DNA of 64,000 nucleotides from Escherichia coli (GTDB lineage Bacteria; Pseudomonadota; Gammaproteobacteria; Enterobacterales; Enterobacteriaceae): NCBI RefSeq assembly GCF_013122565.1, contig NZ_CP053258.1; one strand, 5' to 3'. Shown piece by piece: positions 59,287 to 64,000 of this stretch (position 1 is its first letter; each line of letters starts with the position of its first letter). The notes under the pieces were generated by a model. It saw only the letters and a program-made list of their open reading frames with translations, ran no database searches and was not told where the DNA came from. The position numbers and the translations under genes were made by a program.

Positions 59287-61108
59287 GAGCCAACTCCCTG
59301 TGCCAGGAAATCAGTAGCCCGGTAGCTACCGCATTGCGCGGGCCTTCACTACCACGGATATTCCCCCGTCCGGCGACCAATCGATAATGCGCCAATGCAT
59401 CGGTGACTAACTGCGGGACTTCGAAATCCAGGGAAGAACCGCCCACCAGAACGACGAACGGAATATCGCGAATATTTCCGCCTGGACTTACCTGACGTAG
59501 CGCGCGCAGGGCATTGGTTACGAAGACGCGCTCTTTCGCACTGCGGCGAACAGCGCGTACTTTTTCCAGTGTTAAATCGCCGGGAATAGGCACCAGTTCG
59601 TCAGGTTTCACCACACAAACGCGGGCAAATACATGAGGGGACAGCGGAGTAGGGAAGAACTGAACGCTGCCGTCTTCATGGCGTAAATGGAACAGGCTTT
59701 CTACTTTTGCCAACGGGTATTTTTTGATTTCTTCTGCCAGATAACGATCATTTAAGCCCAGTTCCCTGGCAATAATCATCGTCACCATGTCGCCCGCTCC
59801 CGCAAGGTGAGTAGCTATCATTTCCCCTTTCTGATTGATGATGGAGGCATCGGTAGAGCCTGCACCTAAGTCCAGAATAGCCAGTGGACGTGTGGTTCCA
59901 GGGGTAGTCAAGGCCCCCTGAATGGCGGCTTCTGCTTCTGCGCCTCCGACCTGAACATCAACATGCAGTTTTTGCTTAATTTCACTGGCGATCATCGCCA
60001 TTTGCAGACGGTCGGATTTCACCATAGAGGCAATACCCACAGCCTGTTCCAGTGAAAATTCACCTGCCAGACCACCGGTTACGCTGACGGGGACAGAGGT
60101 ATCTATCGCCAGCAAATCCTGAATAAAAATTTCGTGGCTGGGTTTATTGGTCAGCTCCGCCATGGTCTGGCGAACATGTTCCAGCATACCGCCGATGTTG
60201 GTGCCTGGTTCTCCCGTCACGTTTTCCAGTTTTGGGCACTCACCGACCGCTTTCATAATGGCATCGGCACCAGCAGCTACATCAACGCGCGTTGTGCGCC
60301 CGGCAGAAAGCAGTTCGATATTTCCGGCGGGTATCGAACGGGCTTTAACGTCGCCAGAAGGCGTTTTCACTACCACTGCTGAACGGTTGCCGATTAGCGC
60401 CCGCGCGACAGGAACAATATTTTTAGTCTCTTCAGCATTGAGGGCGAAAACGGTGGCAATCCCATACGGGTTAGACAGGGTTTCGATAACTTTCCCGGGA
60501 ACGGCAACTTCAATTGCAGCCAGCATGCCGAGCGGAATACGATCGATGTAGAGGACTTCATCGACAATAGGTAGAGGAATTTCCAGACGGTTATTGACCA
60601 GTACGCCATCGTCGCGTTGCAGAATAACGCCAGTTAGCTGATATCCGGCGCGTACGGAGGCGTTCATCATCGTCGCGATATCGGCAAAATCAAATGCCGA
60701 TGACACCACCAGGATGTAAGGTGTGTCCGCCGGGCGTGTTAATAACTCTTGCGGAGTGATGGTGAGCCCTACGCCCAGCCCCACTCCGCCCGGAGTTTTC
60801 GGGTTGTGACCGATCATGGTTGATTCGGTGATGATAGTTTCAGTGATGGTTTCCATCGCCACATCACCAATGACCGGAGTTGCTTCGTTGATACGAATAA
60901 GCGAAATATCGCTAACATTGATGCCGACTTTTTTCGTTGCCTGTGCGAGCGCCTTCTGAATACCATGGACGTTACGCAACGTACCTTTGATTCCGGTGGT
61001 TTCCGCCAGGGCGCTACTCACGAACGATAACTCTCCAGATGCACTGAGCGTTGCCAGCGCTACCTCTGTCGATGAGTTGCCGATATCAATGCCTGCTATA
61101 TATCGCAT
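59276..61108 (-). CDS. pduG: PduG, diol dehydratase reactivase large subunit
   Basis: 610 aa starting MRYIAGIDIGNSSTEVALA (actin-like ATPase fold). Confidence 0.92.
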   Translation of the reverse strand: MRYIAGIDIGNSSTEVALATLSASGELSFVSSALAETTGIKGTLRNVHGIQKALAQATKKVGINVSDISLIRINEATPVIGDVAMETITETIITESTMIGHNPKTPGGVGLGVGLTITPQELLTRPADTPYILVVSSAFDFADIATMMNASVRAGYQLTGVILQRDDGVLVNNRLEIPLPIVDEVLYIDRIPLGMLAAIEVAVPGKVIETLSNPYGIATVFALNAEETKNIVPVARALIGNRSAVVVKTPSGDVKARSIPAGNIELLSAGRTTRVDVAAGADAIMKAVGECPKLENVTGEPGTNIGGMLEHVRQTMAELTNKPSHEIFIQDLLAIDTSVPVSVTGGLAGEFSLEQAVGIASMVKSDRLQMAMIASEIKQKLHVDVQVGGAEAEAAIQGALTTPGTTRPLAILDLGAGSTDASIINQKGEMIATHLAGAGDMVTMIIARELGLNDRYLAEEIKKYPLAKVESLFHLRHEDGSVQFFPTPLSPHVFARVCVVKPDELVPIPGDLTLEKVRAVRRSAKERVFVTNALRALRQVSPGGNIRDIPFVVLVGGSSLDFEVPQLVTDALAHYRLVAGRGNIRGSEGPRNAVATGLLISWHRELAHGK

Positions 61109-61117
61109 AGTTCGTCC

Positions 61118-61636
61118 TTAATCGTCGCCTTTCAGTTTTTTGCGCTCGACATAAAGTTCCGCAGCTTCACGGACAAATGCAGCACAAATTTGGGCCTGAT
61201 AACGCCGTTCAAGATCGTCAGCAATGGCAATAAGTTCTTGCTTAGTTGAACGATAAGGGCGTAACGCATTGTAGATTTCGAGGATGCGATCATCCGGTAC
61301 TGAGGTAAGCTCAGCGGCGCGTTCAAAATTCATCGCCAGACGATCGCGACCAGCATCTCTGGCAATCGCGGCCTGAATACGCAATGTTTCAGGGGTAATG
61401 CGCATATCCTGGGCGGTGACGTTATCGCTTAGCACATTTTCCAGAGTGAAATCGTCGAGCGTTTTATTGGTTGCTGTTTTAACCCATTCCGGATGTTTAT
61501 TTGCCAGCGGATAATCCGTCACTTTGGCGCTCTGTATTGACGCGCTGGGGACCGCAGAAACAGGAGCTGCATCCTGTAAACTGTTCATGCGGTTCAACAC
61601 GTCCCTGACCATCGACTCAATTGCATCGGTATTCAT
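61118..61636 (-). CDS. pduE: PduE, propanediol dehydratase small (gamma) subunit
   Basis: 172 aa starting MNTDAIESMVRDVLNRM. Confidence 0.92.
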   Translation of the reverse strand: MNTDAIESMVRDVLNRMNSLQDAAPVSAVPSASIQSAKVTDYPLANKHPEWVKTATNKTLDDFTLENVLSDNVTAQDMRITPETLRIQAAIARDAGRDRLAMNFERAAELTSVPDDRILEIYNALRPYRSTKQELIAIADDLERRYQAQICAAFVREAAELYVERKKLKGDD

Positions 61637-61650
61637 GAAGGTTTCCTTTG

Positions 61651-62319
61651 TTAAAACGTCACGCGCAGTTCTTGCGGTTTTTTGCCAGTGACCACGTACT
61701 TCGTCTCTTTAATATGCAAAATGGCAGATTTGGCTTGGTATTTCGGCCGCGCCATTTGATCGTTGAGGGTCGGCACTGGTTGTGGAGACTCACGCTTCGC
61801 ATAACGCGCGGCGTTTTTGCCAATCTGACGATAAGTATCCAGCGTCAACAAAGGCGCTTGTGGGAAAAGTTCCAGGTTAGACAAGGGAGGAAGCCCCTGC
61901 TGGTGGATAACCGTTGTGCCTTTCGACTGAATACCGATAGCAATACCTGAACCACTAAGACGATCGCCTTCGACTGCTACGAATGCGACATCGGACGATT
62001 TAAAGCAGCGAATCACACGGGCTTTAATACCTTCTTCTTCGATACCGGCAATTACTTCGCGCAAGATGTTTTTATGCGGAATACCGATGATATTGACGGT
62101 TTGCGCCAGGCCGAACGCCGGTCCTACAGCAATAATGACTTCATCTTGCTGAGTGCCTTGTTGGGCTTCGCCAATTTCGGTCAGAAAATTTCCGGTATCT
62201 GGCGCGAAAGAGGCAGTTGCAGAGACAGGTGCGCGAAATGAAACGGACTTGTCGCTGGTTTGCATTTCTGCCAGCACGTCTTCGATAATCTGACGCAGTA
62301 ATTTTTCGTTAATTTCCAT
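61651..62319 (-). CDS. pduD: PduD, propanediol dehydratase medium (beta) subunit
   Basis: 222 aa starting [16 protein letters not shown]. Confidence 0.92.
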   Translation of the reverse strand: MEINEKLLRQIIEDVLAEMQTSDKSVSFRAPVSATASFAPDTGNFLTEIGEAQQGTQQDEVIIAVGPAFGLAQTVNIIGIPHKNILREVIAGIEEEGIKARVIRCFKSSDVAFVAVEGDRLSGSGIAIGIQSKGTTVIHQQGLPPLSNLELFPQAPLLTLDTYRQIGKNAARYAKRESPQPVPTLNDQMARPKYQAKSAILHIKETKYVVTGKKPQELRVTF

Positions 62320-62328
62320 TTCTCACCC

Positions 62329-63993
62329 TTAGTCAATTTCGTTGGGATCAAGTGCACCGGGAATATTTTTGATCTCTTCCCAGCGTTCCCCTTGCAGGCG
62401 GTAACCTGTAGCCGGTCCGGCGTAATCATTGACGTCATTGACCGCAGAGAGCACTTGTCCGTCATCGACGATGATGGCTGAGGTATGGAGATAATCGCCG
62501 GTCAGTTTTGCTTTTTGCATGTTGAGCATGTCCTGGGCGACATCGGTAAAACCGCCTTGCGCCAGGGCTTTCACCACTTCCAGGCTGTTACGGTTTTTAT
62601 TGATAATTTCCTGGGCGAACTTAATGTCTTCTACGATGTTGCGCTCTGGCATATCTTTCGAACCGTGGGCATAGGTCGCCGCTTCGACTTCTTCATCGGT
62701 AATAGGCGGTAGCCCCATACCGGCAAAGACAGCCTGTAAAGCGCGAGCGGCTTTATTGCGGATAGCGATAACATCTTCTTCGCGTACTGGTCGCAGCCCG
62801 CCATCAACCTTCAGGTCACGCTGAATGACGTTGTAATCATCGAAGTCTTCAGCATCTTCGTTTGAACCAGCAAACATGTTGTCGTAGTTCGGCACAGCGG
62901 AAAAACCGGAAGAGATAAAGTCGGTACCAGGCAGAAACTGCATCAGGAAACGTGCGGTACGGCGCATATCCGAGTGGGTAAAGGTCTGGTCATTACTGGA
63001 GGCGCATTCCAGATCCAGCGATGAGCAAATTAAGTTTTCCGCTAATACTGCGCGGATGCCTGATGGCACAGCTGATGGAACACCGATGCAGCTTACCGAA
63101 CCATTCTGCAGGCCCTGAACGCCTGCGGCTTTGGTGATGTAAATGCAACGAGCCTCGAGATAAAGCATTGATTTGCCTTCCGCGTAACCCATCTGTACTT
63201 CAGAGCCGGAGCCGGAAGTAAAGCGCATTTTTAAGCCGCGAGACGCATAGGATGACGCGAGAAATCCTTTTGACCACGGGGTGTCATCGCCATCGGTGAA
63301 AACAGGTTCTGTACCATAGACAGAAATTGTTTCGGCGTAACAGGTGTGGCCTAACATACCGAGTTTCAGTTCGGTGGCTTCTTCCAGTGAACACTGGGTC
63401 AAGACGCCCGGACGTCCCACCTGTGAGCCGACCAGCAGGGCGATGGCGTTGAACGGGGCATAGCGAGCAACGGCAACGGTGGTTTCCTGTTCATCAAACC
63501 CGCGCCATGCGCCTTCAGCTGCGTCGGCGGCAATTTGTACCGGGTTATCTTTGACGTTGGTGACGTGAGCCTGTTGTGATGGTGTTCGACGGGCGCGCAT
63601 TTTCTGCATCGCCATCATCATCTCTACCACGTTCATCTGCGAAACAACTTCGACGATTTTTGCAGGCGTCATTGCTGTGGTAAGGGGAACGATATCGCTA
63701 CGTTTGACATTTGGATCGCACAACATATTGGCAAGTTTTACCGAATCCATCGCGATGACTTCTTCTGCGCGCGCGAGATTGATGCCGTAGCGGGCGATAA
63801 AGTGGTCGATCAGGTCAAACTGGCTGGCGGGTTTTCCATCCAGTTCGGTAACGACGCTGTTAACAATTTTGATTGACGGTTTAGGATCGTTCGGGCTTTC
63901 CATCGCAATGAAGCCTTCTTCAATCCACTCTTTAACGAAACCGTCCTGGTTGACCGGGCGTTTTGCCAGTGCTTCAAATCTTTTCGATCTCAT
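62329..63993 (-). CDS. pduC: PduC, coenzyme-B12-dependent propanediol dehydratase large (alpha) subunit
   Basis: 554 aa starting MRSKRFEALAKRPVNQDGFVKEWIEEGFIAMESPNDPKPSIKIVN; near-identical over long stretches to recalled Salmonella PduC; start codon 7 nt from the window end, so pduB/pduA are not visible. Confidence 0.95.
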   Translation of the reverse strand: MRSKRFEALAKRPVNQDGFVKEWIEEGFIAMESPNDPKPSIKIVNSVVTELDGKPASQFDLIDHFIARYGINLARAEEVIAMDSVKLANMLCDPNVKRSDIVPLTTAMTPAKIVEVVSQMNVVEMMMAMQKMRARRTPSQQAHVTNVKDNPVQIAADAAEGAWRGFDEQETTVAVARYAPFNAIALLVGSQVGRPGVLTQCSLEEATELKLGMLGHTCYAETISVYGTEPVFTDGDDTPWSKGFLASSYASRGLKMRFTSGSGSEVQMGYAEGKSMLYLEARCIYITKAAGVQGLQNGSVSCIGVPSAVPSGIRAVLAENLICSSLDLECASSNDQTFTHSDMRRTARFLMQFLPGTDFISSGFSAVPNYDNMFAGSNEDAEDFDDYNVIQRDLKVDGGLRPVREEDVIAIRNKAARALQAVFAGMGLPPITDEEVEAATYAHGSKDMPERNIVEDIKFAQEIINKNRNSLEVVKALAQGGFTDVAQDMLNMQKAKLTGDYLHTSAIIVDDGQVLSAVNDVNDYAGPATGYRLQGERWEEIKNIPGALDPNEID

Positions 63994-64000
63994 AAATCTG

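Overview
This window reads as an Escherichia coli-type chromosomal segment carrying four well-known loci in conserved order, all assigned from the ORF track, recalled protein N-termini and lengths, and synteny (no database search was possible). (1) 1-18.1 kb, plus strand: the distal half of the colanic acid cluster (wcaC partial, wcaD-F, gmd, fcl, gmm, wcaI, cpsB, cpsG, wcaJ, wzxC, wcaK-M) followed by galF. (2) 18.3-29.9 kb: a markedly AT-rich O-antigen cluster between galF and gnd. It has a JUMPstart/ops element, an H-repeat (ISAs1-family) element plus a decayed second copy bracketing the first glycosyltransferase, wzx, wzy, four glycosyltransferases, and a partial UDP-2-acetamido-2,6-dideoxy-L-hexose pathway (FnlA-like dehydratase, RmlD-like reductase, WbuC-like cupin, no 2-epimerase). 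(3) 30.0-41.4 kb: gnd, ugd, wzzB, then the complete his operon on the minus strand (hisI back to hisG, attenuator and the His-rich leader hisL). (4) 41.8-50.5 kb: yeeZ, yeeY, plaP, sbcB, dacD, sbmC, yeeA, yeeX; then 50.6-64.0 kb, minus strand: a propanediol-utilisation microcompartment operon, pduC through pduV, with pduA/B beyond the window edge. I saw no rRNA, tRNA or CRISPR array. I did not find a wholly undescribed system. The least characterised and most second-look-worthy part is the O-antigen cluster (H-repeat-bracketed glycosyltransferase, missing 2-epimerase); also notable are the pdu operon ending at pduV directly against yeeX and the absence of yefM-yoeB next to hisL.
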